Virus record (IMG/VR): IMGVR_UViG_3300050505_000421 | Span: 1 to 26,578 of that record | Length of the DNA stretch: 26,578 nucleotides | DNA from: a virus | Strand: one strand, 5' to 3' | In this document: positions 14,736 through 22,196 of the stretch, piece by piece | Layout: every line of letters starts with the position of its first letter | Position numbering within the stretch: the first letter of the stretch is position 1 | Position numbers and translations under genes: made by a program | Notes under the pieces: generated by a model | What the model saw: the letters and a program-made list of their open reading frames with translations, nothing else | Database searches by the model: none | Told to the model about the DNA's origin: nothing

Positions 14736-15269
14736 CTACAACGAAACGACGGCCCCGTACGAGCCGATGGTACCGACCAGGATTCCTACCAGCTTGCCGG
14801 ACGAATCCAGTACGCCGGCGCCTAGAGCTCCGGGCGGCACTCGGAACGTCGTGCGCAGGACACGGACCAGGACGGGGCCCGCCGCCAGAAACTCCGAGTA
14901 GCGAGAGCATGAAGCCAAAACGGAGTCGATGACTCGACCCCTCAGTGTAGAGGCCACGTCCGGTCCCCAGTACCCGGCTCGAACCGCGGCACCCTTCGAA
15001 GTCGCGGTAGCAAGCCTGACCTCTTCCTTCAGCGGGACCTCGAGATCCAGCCAGGCCACGCCGGTCGGCGACATCGCTTCGACCCAGGCGACGATCGGCT
15101 CTGCGTCCGCTGCCACGAAGACGTAGACCTTCCCATCCTCGGCAGACGAAACGAGCTCTGCCGAAGTGGCCACGGTCCAGCGATCGAGTACCACGCCCGA
15201 CCCGGCAGCACCGGACCCGGCAGAGATGACGCGGACCGCGAGTGCAGCTGCGGTGAAGGCAACGTGCAT
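14736..15269 (-). CDS. Trypsin-like peptidase fold protein lacking the catalytic triad
   Basis: GSGVVL...VATSAELV, GVAWLDL and PPGALGAGVLDSSGKLVGI match the S1/HtrA-like scaffold, with His/Asp/Ser replaced. Confidence 0.7.
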   Translation of the reverse strand: MHVAFTAAALAVRVISAGSGAAGSGVVLDRWTVATSAELVSSAEDGKVYVFVAADAEPIVAWVEAMSPTGVAWLDLEVPLKEEVRLATATSKGAAVRAGYWGPDVASTLRGRVIDSVLASCSRYSEFLAAGPVLVRVLRTTFRVPPGALGAGVLDSSGKLVGILVGTIGSYGAVVSL

Positions 15270-15278
15270 GTTCTTTCT

Positions 15279-15291
15279 CCCTGTGGTTGGT
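15279..15291 (-). promoter_or_regulatory. Gene-boundary motif variant ACCAACCACAGGG
   Basis: 9 nt upstream of an ATG. Confidence 0.7.
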
Positions 15292-15406
15292 TGAAATGCT
15301 GGACGATTCCTCCGGTTGCGGTTCCGTGATTTGGCGGGGCTTGTTCTAGCGCTTTACCCCAAGCGCCACGTCGTCTCATCTCGACGCGCAGGAAACGGAG
15401 TTGAAA

Positions 15407-15511
15407 CTACAGCAACGCGATCCGCGTGAACAGCGCGAGCAACGGCATGACTGCCAGCGACAGGAACGCGGCAGCGCGAGCGTAACCGTGCGTGATCTCG
15501 AAAGCGAGCAT
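15407..15511 (-). CDS. Small hydrophobic peptide (34 aa)
   Basis: Manually translated MLAFEITHGYARAAAFLSLAVMPLLALFTRIALL; RBS GGAAGGA. Confidence 0.55.
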   Translation of the reverse strand: MLAFEITHGYARAAAFLSLAVMPLLALFTRIALL

Positions 15512-15749
15512 GGTGGCTTCCTTCCGGGGGGCACCCCCCAGTGTCAAGGCGTTGTCGAGACTAGGCGAGTAGCAGTGAACGATCGGCTTTGCGGCTTAGG
15601 CACGCGTGAAGATCAAAACGCGGCTAGCCCGAAACGCGGCAGAAAACGCACGTGCGCCAGGCGCGCATCATGTGTGCGTTTCCACAGGCATTTCAGGCGC
15701 GACTACACGAAGCGATTTTTCCCGTTACATGTGAGGCGCTTTCAGCGCC

Positions 15750-16511
15750 TCAACCCATCAACTTGCGAAGCGCGTTGCTACCGCGCTGGCTACGCGTCGC
15801 GCCCTTCCCTCCCCTGCTACGCCGTGGCATCTCCCTGTCCGTCGCTGCGTTGTAGACAGGGCCCGGCAGTGTCGAGATGCTCACCGCTGTCCGCGTTGAC
15901 GTGGCGCACACGTTGTCCGCTACCGCGTTAGACTGCGATTCCGACGCGTGAGTGATCCCTACCGTGCCAGCGCACGCACCGCACGCTGGGCCATCGTACT
16001 CGTGACACTCGCACCCACAGTGAGAACCGCACGCTTCGCCGCAACAGCCCGCGTCAAGGTCACCCCACGGGCAAGGCGCTGGGTAGGTCACCCGTGCCGT
16101 TGCGCTGGCGCGAACCCCGGAGTCAACCGCCTTGCGAGGCGCGATCGGGGTGACCACGCCGTCCTTGGCGCGGTAGACGCGCCACCCCGCCGTGGTCTGT
16201 TGCCGGGCAGGGTCCGTCCGCCGCAGGGACTTCCGCATTGCGTTACGGGCGCACACGTAGGCGCGCCACGCGTCGGGATGGGTCCTACCACAGTGGGTGC
16301 ATTCCCTCAGTGCTTCGCTACGCGACGCCAGCGTAGCGCGCGCCCGCGCGTCGTCCGTCAATCCAGCGCGCTCGCCAGCCGCACGGGCCGCAATGTCGCG
16401 CCGCAACGCGAGGGTCAGTTGCGCGTGCTTGTCCCGCTCCCAGCCGTCGCTTGCGCGACACGGGAGGGAAAGGCAAACGGCGCACGTGGTATCGGGTGTA
16501 GTCATGATCAT
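15750..16511 (-). CDS. Cys-rich hypothetical protein
   Basis: ORF track trimmed to ATG 16511; CAVC, CTHC, CCGEACGSHCGCEC, CGAC. Start and coding status less certain. Confidence 0.6.
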   Translation of the reverse strand: MIMTTPDTTCAVCLSLPCRASDGWERDKHAQLTLALRRDIAARAAGERAGLTDDARARATLASRSEALRECTHCGRTHPDAWRAYVCARNAMRKSLRRTDPARQQTTAGWRVYRAKDGVVTPIAPRKAVDSGVRASATARVTYPAPCPWGDLDAGCCGEACGSHCGCECHEYDGPACGACAGTVGITHASESQSNAVADNVCATSTRTAVSISTLPGPVYNAATDREMPRRSRGGKGATRSQRGSNALRKLMG

Positions 16512-16554
16512 GGTGGCGCTTTTGTTAGACCGGAGCGCGCCAATCCGGTTACTG

Positions 16555-16809
16555 CTACTCCGCCGACTGGAGCGACGGCACCGCACCGGACACCCCCACG
16601 GTGGGGGCGGGCGCGTCGGGCGAACCCCGCAGCGACGCCAGCGTCACGCCCCGCGCGTACGCCGTGCGCCCGCCGATGGCGCCGTTGATCTCCGGGAGAT
16701 TGCTGTCCAGCGTCCTCTTCGCCATCTCCAGCTTCTCGGCGAAGCGCTCCGCCACCGTCTTCTTGGGGGCGCTGGCCACCTTCGTCTCGCTCTTGCTCTT
16801 GCTCGCCAT
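16555..16809 (-). CDS. Small basic hypothetical protein
   Basis: ORF track; RBS GGAG; strong GC3 bias. Confidence 0.85.
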   Translation of the reverse strand: MASKSKSETKVASAPKKTVAERFAEKLEMAKRTLDSNLPEINGAIGGRTAYARGVTLASLRGSPDAPAPTVGVSGAVPSLQSAE

Positions 16810-16838
16810 GATTCGTTCTCCGGTTTGGGGAACACTAC

Positions 16839-16851
16839 TCTTGTGCTTGGA
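16839..16851 (-). promoter_or_regulatory. Gene-boundary motif variant TCCAAGCACAAGA
   Basis: 29 nt upstream of an ATG that has its own separate RBS. Confidence 0.65.
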
Positions 16852-16921
16852 GCGAAATTGCTCAAGCTTCCCAAGGTCGTGAAACCCGATCCGCAGACGT
16901 GCCTAACAACCCACGTCAACG

Positions 16922-17006
16922 GGTCGCATTCCGCGACCGTCCCTGCCAGCCTCCCCGCGCATGCGCAGGGGAGCGGCCTAGGCGCGTACAGCGCACGCCT
17001 AGGCCG
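16922..17006. other. Cluster of consecutive hairpins (terminator, attenuator or ncRNA candidate)
   Basis: GGTCGC/GCGACC, CTCCCCGCGC/GCGCAGGGGAG and an 11-bp CGGCCTAGGCG/CGCCTAGGCCG stem. Confidence 0.6.
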
Positions 17007-17017
17007 ATGGTACCCGA

Positions 17018-17206
17018 CTACAGCGCGCGCCCCGACGTCTCCAGCCCGACCGCTTCCGCCAGCGCCTCCGCGTTGCTCGCACGGTCGAACCACGCCCGCC
17101 ACAAGCGCCGCGCCCGCTCTGCCGCGCGCGCCATGCCAGCCCGCTTGAGGTTCGCCGCGGTCCGCTGCCACATGTCCACCATCCGCCACATGTCACGCGT
17201 CGTCAT
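17018..17206 (-). CDS. Hypothetical protein, first gene of the left arm
   Basis: ATG 17206 after GGGAG. Confidence 0.75.
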   Translation of the reverse strand: MTTRDMWRMVDMWQRTAANLKRAGMARAAERARRLWRAWFDRASNAEALAEAVGLETSGRAL

Positions 17207-17250
17207 GGTCTGTGTCTCCCGTTTGGGTTGCCGTCCGATGCAGAAAGACA

Positions 17251-17267
17251 ATGCGAGCAACGTGCCA
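17251..17267 (-). promoter_or_regulatory. Sigma54 (-24/-12) promoter candidate for the left arm
   Basis: TGGCACGTTGCTCGCAT matches TGGCACG-N4-TTGCW with exact GG-N10-GC spacing, 44 nt upstream of the first ATG. Confidence 0.7.
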
Positions 17268-17346
17268 GCGATGCAAACCTAGTTATTCCTGCTACTTAGG
17301 TTCGCATGGGTTAGTCCAATGTCTGTACAGTTAGCGGTGTGGAGGG

Positions 17347-17355
17347 TGTGGATAA
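17347..17355 (-). promoter_or_regulatory. Perfect DnaA box (TTATCCACA)
   Basis: TGTGGATAA on the plus strand; single copy. Confidence 0.45.
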
Positions 17356-17725
17356 CCTAGCTAGGTAGCTGGAATGCCTAGACTAAAACTACCATACGTA
17401 GATACTGGACGGGGTGACCTAGGTTCAGTCAGAGCGTGGGGTTCTTACCCTGCTTTGAAGCGTTAGGTTTACAGGAAATGACTGCCAACCCCAACGATTT
17501 CCGCAACTTACACATGCGAGGGGTTTTCCCCCTAGCATTCTTGGTACGATTCTTTCCTGTGTGTTTAACTACCTGAAACTACTAGCCTAACACAGCTGTG
17601 GGGGTTTTACCCTACCTCGAGCGGTACGCTTCGTGCAATTTCCTCAGCGCGCCGCGTATGCACGCGCGAAGCCCGCGCGCAGTCGGACCCTACCCGCCCC
17701 GCACCGCACGGGGTACGCCCCGCAC

Positions 17726-17738
17726 CCCAAGCACAGGG
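17726..17738 (+). promoter_or_regulatory. Gene-boundary motif variant CCCAAGCACAGGG inside the control region
   Basis: No substantial ORF follows it. Confidence 0.55.
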
Positions 17739-17939
17739 AAAGTGTGTAGCAAGGACTAGACACGAACGATTCTCAGCGCTTACACGCGGAGGGATGCAGT
17801 GCGTTAGGGGGTTATGTCTAATTAGTTCGGGGATTTAGTTGATGGGGGGTGTAAAAGGGGTGGATTACCAACTGGAACGATCGTCGAGGTCCTATCCTGA
17901 GGCTCGATCAAATTCGGAAACGAACATGTGAGCCTCCCC

Positions 17940-17968
17940 TTGTCCAGGTCAAACATTGTGATTAGACT
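17940..17968 (+). promoter_or_regulatory. Sigma70-type promoter candidate for the right arm
   Basis: TTGTCC-17 bp-TAGACT, followed by GGAGGAG and ATG 17988. Confidence 0.6.
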
Positions 17969-17987
17969 CCGGCCTGGAGGAGTCCGC

Positions 17988-18857
17988 ATGTCCTACATGC
18001 ACATCGACAGCCTGTACAAGAACCAGACGATCCTGATGTTCCGCGAGTGCTTTGCACTGGAGAAGGTGCACGGGACGTCGGCACACGTCCGTTGGGCGGA
18101 CGGCCAGCTGCACTACAGCCCGGGCGGCGCGCCAATCGACAAGTTCCGCAAGGCATTCGATCACGAGGAACTCGAGGCAAAGTTCCGCGAACTCGGCTAC
18201 CCTACGGTCGTCGTCTATGGTGAGGCGTACGGGGGTTCCTGCCAAAGGATGATGGACACCTACGGGCCGACGCTGCGGTTCATCGCGTTCGAGGTGCTGG
18301 TGGGTGACCGCTGGCTCTCCGTGCCGGACATGGATCAGGTCGCGACGGGCCTGGGACTCGCGGTGGTGCCCTATCGGAGGGTGTCCACGAACTTGGAGGC
18401 GCTGGACTTCGAGCTTGACCGCCCGTCGGAGGTCGCTGTGCGGCGCGGCTGCGGTGAGGACCACCCGCGGGAGGGCGTGGTGCTGCGCCCCCTGATTGAA
18501 CTCAGAACGAACAACGATCAGCGCGTCATCGCGAAGCACAAAGGGGAGAAGTTCTCGGAGCGGGCAACCACGCCAAAGGTCGCGGATGCCGAAAAGCTCG
18601 CTGTACTGGCTGGCGCTGACGCGATCGCGCAGGAGTGGGTAACGCCAATGCGCCTCGAACACGTGCTGCAGAAGATCCCCGGCGCGAACATCGAGCACAC
18701 CGGGCAGGTCATCAAGGCGATGGTCGAAGACGTCTACCGCGAGGCGAAGAACGAGATCGTGGAGTCCAAGGAGGCCAGCGCCGCGATCGGGCGCAGGACG
18801 GCGATCCTGTTCAAGGAAAGGTTGAAGGCCGTCCTGAGAGAGCGGTCCACCTCCTGA
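17988..18857 (+). CDS. rnl2: ATP-dependent RNA ligase, T4 Rnl2 family
   Basis: Motifs I EKVHGT, III YGEAYG, IIIa FIAFEV, IV EGVVLRP and V IAKHK..F.E, plus an Rnl2-type C-domain (WVTPMRLEHVLQKI...MVEDVYRE); RBS GGAGGAG. Confidence 0.92.
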   Translation: MSYMHIDSLYKNQTILMFRECFALEKVHGTSAHVRWADGQLHYSPGGAPIDKFRKAFDHEELEAKFRELGYPTVVVYGEAYGGSCQRMMDTYGPTLRFIAFEVLVGDRWLSVPDMDQVATGLGLAVVPYRRVSTNLEALDFELDRPSEVAVRRGCGEDHPREGVVLRPLIELRTNNDQRVIAKHKGEKFSERATTPKVADAEKLAVLAGADAIAQEWVTPMRLEHVLQKIPGANIEHTGQVIKAMVEDVYREAKNEIVESKEASAAIGRRTAILFKERLKAVLRERSTS

Positions 18858-19118
18858 TCTACCGGAAGGGCGACGGGTTCTACGGGGGAGCTGCTGCCGC
18901 GCCCATTCAGCACCTGCCACGGTTCCTCCGTGACGACTTCCTGATCTTGGCGATGCGGCTACTGGCGAGAGCCCCCGTGCGTACGCACGGCCGTCGGCGG
19001 TTCCTTCGCTGAGGTCATCGGCAAGAGGGCTTGCGATCCCGGCGTGTTGAGAAGGCGCGGCCCTGGTTCGTGCTTGCCCCCCCCCCCTCAAATTCCGCAT
19101 CCCTCGTTCGATCACATC

Positions 19119-19146
19119 TTGACTCACCACGAATACGAGTTAGGGT
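19119..19146 (+). promoter_or_regulatory. Sigma70-type promoter candidate
   Basis: TTGACT-16 bp-TAGGGT upstream of the 19229 gene. Confidence 0.45.
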
Positions 19147-19228
19147 GGTTGCTGGGAGCGGTGCTGTAGAACAACTTGGTCAGGGTGGGTCGCACGCGAA
19201 ACCGTTCGACCAACAGGGAGGTTTGAAG

Positions 19229-19849
19229 ATGCCGACTGGGTACACGGCAATGATCGAGGACGGGGCTACCTTCGCTCAGTTCCTGTGGGGATGCGCGCAC
19301 GCGTTCGGGGCGAATGGCCTGCTGCGAGACGATGGGATCGACGCGCCCATCCCGGAGTACAAGCCGTCCGAGTACGAGAAGAAGCAACTCGATTCGGCCC
19401 TCCGACGACTGCGCAAACTGGGGAAGATGAGTCTCACCCAGGCAGCGCTGCTTTGTCAGGCGGAGTTCGACCAGCAGGTGAAGCGCAATGAGGAGACCCG
19501 CCTCCGCTACGCGCAGGAACGGGCGCAGTACGAGGCGATGCGCGTGCAGGTCGAGGCCTGGGATCCTCCGACGCCGGACCACGCAGGCTTGAAGGCGTTC
19601 ATGCTGGAGCAGATCAAGATCTCGCTGCCGCCGACAGAGAAGGATCTAGAGCGCTGGTACCCGCCCCCCGTGCTTCAGGATCCAGCGAGGTGGCTGGCGG
19701 AGCAACTGGCACACGCGATGGAATGCGTGACGCGCGCGAGCAAGGCTTGGGATGAGGAATTGAAGCGCACCAAGGAACGGAACGCCTGGAACGCAGCGCT
19801 GGCCAAGCGCGTCCCGCCGCCGGAGATCCCGCTGCCCAAGAAGCGCTAG
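19229..19849 (+). CDS. Conserved phage hypothetical protein (MPTGYT...F..F...CA.AFGA type), helical
   Basis: ATG 19229 after GGGAGG; N-terminal motif recalled from phage hypotheticals. Confidence 0.88.
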   Translation: MPTGYTAMIEDGATFAQFLWGCAHAFGANGLLRDDGIDAPIPEYKPSEYEKKQLDSALRRLRKLGKMSLTQAALLCQAEFDQQVKRNEETRLRYAQERAQYEAMRVQVEAWDPPTPDHAGLKAFMLEQIKISLPPTEKDLERWYPPPVLQDPARWLAEQLAHAMECVTRASKAWDEELKRTKERNAWNAALAKRVPPPEIPLPKKR

Positions 19850-19862
19850 AGGTTGCGTCTCA

Positions 19863-19875
19863 ACCAAGCACAAGG
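19863..19875 (+). promoter_or_regulatory. Gene-boundary motif ACCAAGCACAAGG
   Basis: Consensus copy, 6 nt upstream of an ATG. Confidence 0.8.
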
Positions 19876-19881
19876 AGGAAA

Positions 19882-20151
19882 ATGCTGAGTGTCTTCAAGT
19901 ACCCCGTGAACCTTGTAGACGAGTTCTCGCTGGAACTGCCCATCGGGGCCAGGATCCTTCACGTCGAAAGCCAGGCAGGAACCAACTGCCTTTGGGCCCT
20001 CGTCGACCCCAAAGCCCCGAAGGAGCTCCGGCACTTCCGCCTGGCCGGGACAGGGCACCCGATCGACGACTACGCGATCGGGGACCACATCGCCACCTGG
20101 CAGGACGGGCCTTACGTCTGGCACCTCTTCGAGGCGGGGGGAACGCGATGA
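19882..20151 (+). CDS. Conserved phage hypothetical protein (KYP...LWALVD...GTGH...VWHLFE; DUF7352-like)
   Basis: Motif pattern recalled; family number unverified. Confidence 0.85.
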   Translation: MLSVFKYPVNLVDEFSLELPIGARILHVESQAGTNCLWALVDPKAPKELRHFRLAGTGHPIDDYAIGDHIATWQDGPYVWHLFEAGGTR

Positions 20152-20459
20152 CTAGCCGAGAGGTGTTCGACGCCGTCGCCGCCGGCACGATGACTGCCGA
20201 GGAGGGGGCTGGTATCCTTACGGTTCCTTCCAAGGGAGCGAGGATCGCCAGTGGCGTGTTGGTCCTGACGCTGGCCTTCCTGGCAGCCTACGCCGTGGGC
20301 ATGGCCCTCTGCACAGGCGCCGCAAGGTGGTGGTACTCCGCCGGCATACCCCTCATGTTTCTCACGACCGAGTTGATTGTGTGGCGGTCTCGCAAGGCGT
20401 TCCGCCGCGAGACCGAGGCCAGACTACAAGCACTTCGGGACAAGGCGGGGTTGAAATGA
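20148..20459 (+). CDS. Two-TM membrane protein
   Basis: ATG 20148 coupled to the upstream stop; two hydrophobic segments. Confidence 0.8.
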   Translation: MTSREVFDAVAAGTMTAEEGAGILTVPSKGARIASGVLVLTLAFLAAYAVGMALCTGAARWWYSAGIPLMFLTTELIVWRSRKAFRRETEARLQALRDKAGLK

Positions 20460-20758
20460 AGCTCGTCTTCGTAGGGGACCAAGTAGGTGTCGCCTCCCCC
20501 GAGCGCAGGGAGATGACGGTCGACTGTATTGAGGTCGGGTACACGGTTGACGGCGCGGTTGGGTCAGCCAAGTTCACGGTCAAGGGCACCGTCGAAGTAC
20601 CCGGCGTGGTTGACAACAGATCCGGTGTCTACCGATTCCCGGTGGGCGCACACGGGGGAAACCTCGAGGAGGCTCTGATGCGCCTGCACCGCGGTGTGTT
20701 CCTGCTCGGGCCGGACTCCCCCGTCGCCGCCCCGGGCTTCTACAGGCTCATCGGCTGA
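20456..20758 (+). CDS. Hypothetical protein
   Basis: ATG 20456, ATGA-coupled. Confidence 0.8.
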   Translation: MKLVFVGDQVGVASPERREMTVDCIEVGYTVDGAVGSAKFTVKGTVEVPGVVDNRSGVYRFPVGAHGGNLEEALMRLHRGVFLLGPDSPVAAPGFYRLIG

Positions 20759-20770
20759 TACACACTTCTT

Positions 20771-20783
20771 CCTTGTGCTTGGG
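20771..20783 (-). promoter_or_regulatory. Gene-boundary motif CCCAAGCACAAGG, antisense to local genes
   Basis: Sits in the 35-bp gap between two plus-strand genes. Confidence 0.75.
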
Positions 20784-20793
20784 GAATACGTAG

Positions 20794-21381
20794 ATGATTT
20801 GGTTCACATCTGACACGCACTTTGGGCACGCCGGCGTGATCAAGCACGCCAAGCGCCCCTTCGCGGATGTCCAAGAGATGGACGCAGCCATGGTCGATCG
20901 CTGGAATGCGGTCGTCCAGTCACAGGACACCATCTATCATCTCGGGGACTTCTCCTTCTACCGCACCCGGAACGATAACGAGGCCCTCCTCCGTCGACTG
21001 CACGGGCAGAAGCACCTCGTCTACGGGAACCACGACCACGATCAGACCCGCAAGGCCAAGGGTTGGGCGTCGGTCGCGCCTTACCGAGAAATCAAAGTGG
21101 AACTGTCCGAGATATTGAATGGCTTCACCGGGCCCTATCAGCAGCACATCGTCCTGTTCCATTATCGGATGGTCGTGTGGAACGCAGCGCACTACGGCGC
21201 TTGGGCCCTGCACGGCCACTCTCACGGCACGCTCCCAGTGACCCTGACCGCGAAGACGTTTGACGTTGGCGTGGACTGCTGGGAGTACACCCCGATCTCG
21301 CTCGAGACGGTCGCGCGTGAAATGGCGAAGCGAAGCTTTGTGTCGGTTGATCACCACGGTCGTAGTAGGGAGGAGGCCTGA
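20794..21381 (+). CDS. Calcineurin-like metallophosphoesterase
   Basis: SDTHFGH, LGDF, GNHD, HGHSH and DVGVD metal-binding motifs. Confidence 0.93.
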   Translation: MIWFTSDTHFGHAGVIKHAKRPFADVQEMDAAMVDRWNAVVQSQDTIYHLGDFSFYRTRNDNEALLRRLHGQKHLVYGNHDHDQTRKAKGWASVAPYREIKVELSEILNGFTGPYQQHIVLFHYRMVVWNAAHYGAWALHGHSHGTLPVTLTAKTFDVGVDCWEYTPISLETVAREMAKRSFVSVDHHGRSREEA

Positions 21382-21382
21382 G

Positions 21383-21931
21383 ATGGCGGTCCGTGTGAGA
21401 ATGAACGGGCAGATGGTCTGCGCAGCGCAGAGCGACGCCGAAGCTGGGGACGTCTACATCGACGACGCCGTCCACCACCTGCTGCACACCGACTTGAAGA
21501 TCATTGGCACGGATGACGAGGGCGACACCTGGCGAGTCGCTTCGTCCTTGCGCCCGTGCCGGTGCTGCTCGGAAGAGAAGCCGGCCACCGCGCCTGCCGA
21601 TTCCGTCCGGGCCAACGGCTACTCTGACGACGCCGCGTACATCACAGGTGTGGAGGACCCCGAGGACGCTGTTCCGGGGACACCGTACCAACTGCTGATC
21701 GACGACGTCGTGGTTGGAACGATCGCGGTGGAGTTTGGCAGGGCCTGCGAGAATGAGTGGACGACAATCCTCCGTCCCGTTGTGGGCCACACTATCCGCG
21801 TGGGCAAGCGCACTGCGGCTCGTCCTCAGCCCTGTGCGGCGTGGGTGGCTCCAACGCCTGAGACTGTTGTTCCGGGTGATGCACCCGGCGACTGTGGCAG
21901 TTGCGGATGGTCGCAGGGCGCACATGAATAA
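21383..21931 (+). CDS. Hypothetical protein (MAVRVR...CAA...GDVYIDD N-terminal module)
   Basis: ATG 21383 after GGAGG. Confidence 0.8.
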   Translation: MAVRVRMNGQMVCAAQSDAEAGDVYIDDAVHHLLHTDLKIIGTDDEGDTWRVASSLRPCRCCSEEKPATAPADSVRANGYSDDAAYITGVEDPEDAVPGTPYQLLIDDVVVGTIAVEFGRACENEWTTILRPVVGHTIRVGKRTAARPQPCAAWVAPTPETVVPGDAPGDCGSCGWSQGAHE

Positions 21932-22181
21932 AGACGAAGGACACTTCGGCCCTCTGTGCCGGTTCGATCGTGACACGCTTGATTTCGTGCTCGGTTACGA
22001 GGCGGGTATGTTGTTTGTGCGCCTCGACCGGAAGCGGAAGAAGTGGTCAGGTGTGTACCACACAGAGAACCGTACAATGCTCGAGCGCACGGCCCTCTGC
22101 TGCGGCTACAGCGTAGAGATCGAGGAGAGCGGGGACCCCGCCTGGGTCTTCGCAACGTTTACACTGTACGGTCGCAATTAA
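21924..22181 (+). CDS. Hypothetical protein
   Basis: ATG 21924; ORF track trimmed. Confidence 0.75.
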   Translation: MNKDEGHFGPLCRFDRDTLDFVLGYEAGMLFVRLDRKRKKWSGVYHTENRTMLERTALCCGYSVEIEESGDPAWVFATFTLYGRN

Positions 22182-22196
22182 CGGAGGAGGTCTAGA

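Larger units (their letters stand above)
17275..17930. promoter_or_regulatory. Lower-GC non-coding divergent control region (possible origin or genome-end region)
   Basis: No ORF of 60 aa or more; many CTAG; repeated GGGGTT(T/C)T..CCCT boxes; several ATT(T/C)C-N6-TTA sites. Confidence 0.7.

Noticed and set aside
15519-15547. Sigma70 promoter at TTGACA (minus strand)
   Set aside because: No acceptable -10 hexamer at 16-19 bp spacing.
148-17282. Long plus-strand ORFs in the left arm (e.g. 3549-4496, 6925-7812, 16297-17148)
   Set aside because: Antisense shadows of coupled minus-strand genes in GC-rich DNA, with no RBS or recognisable motifs.
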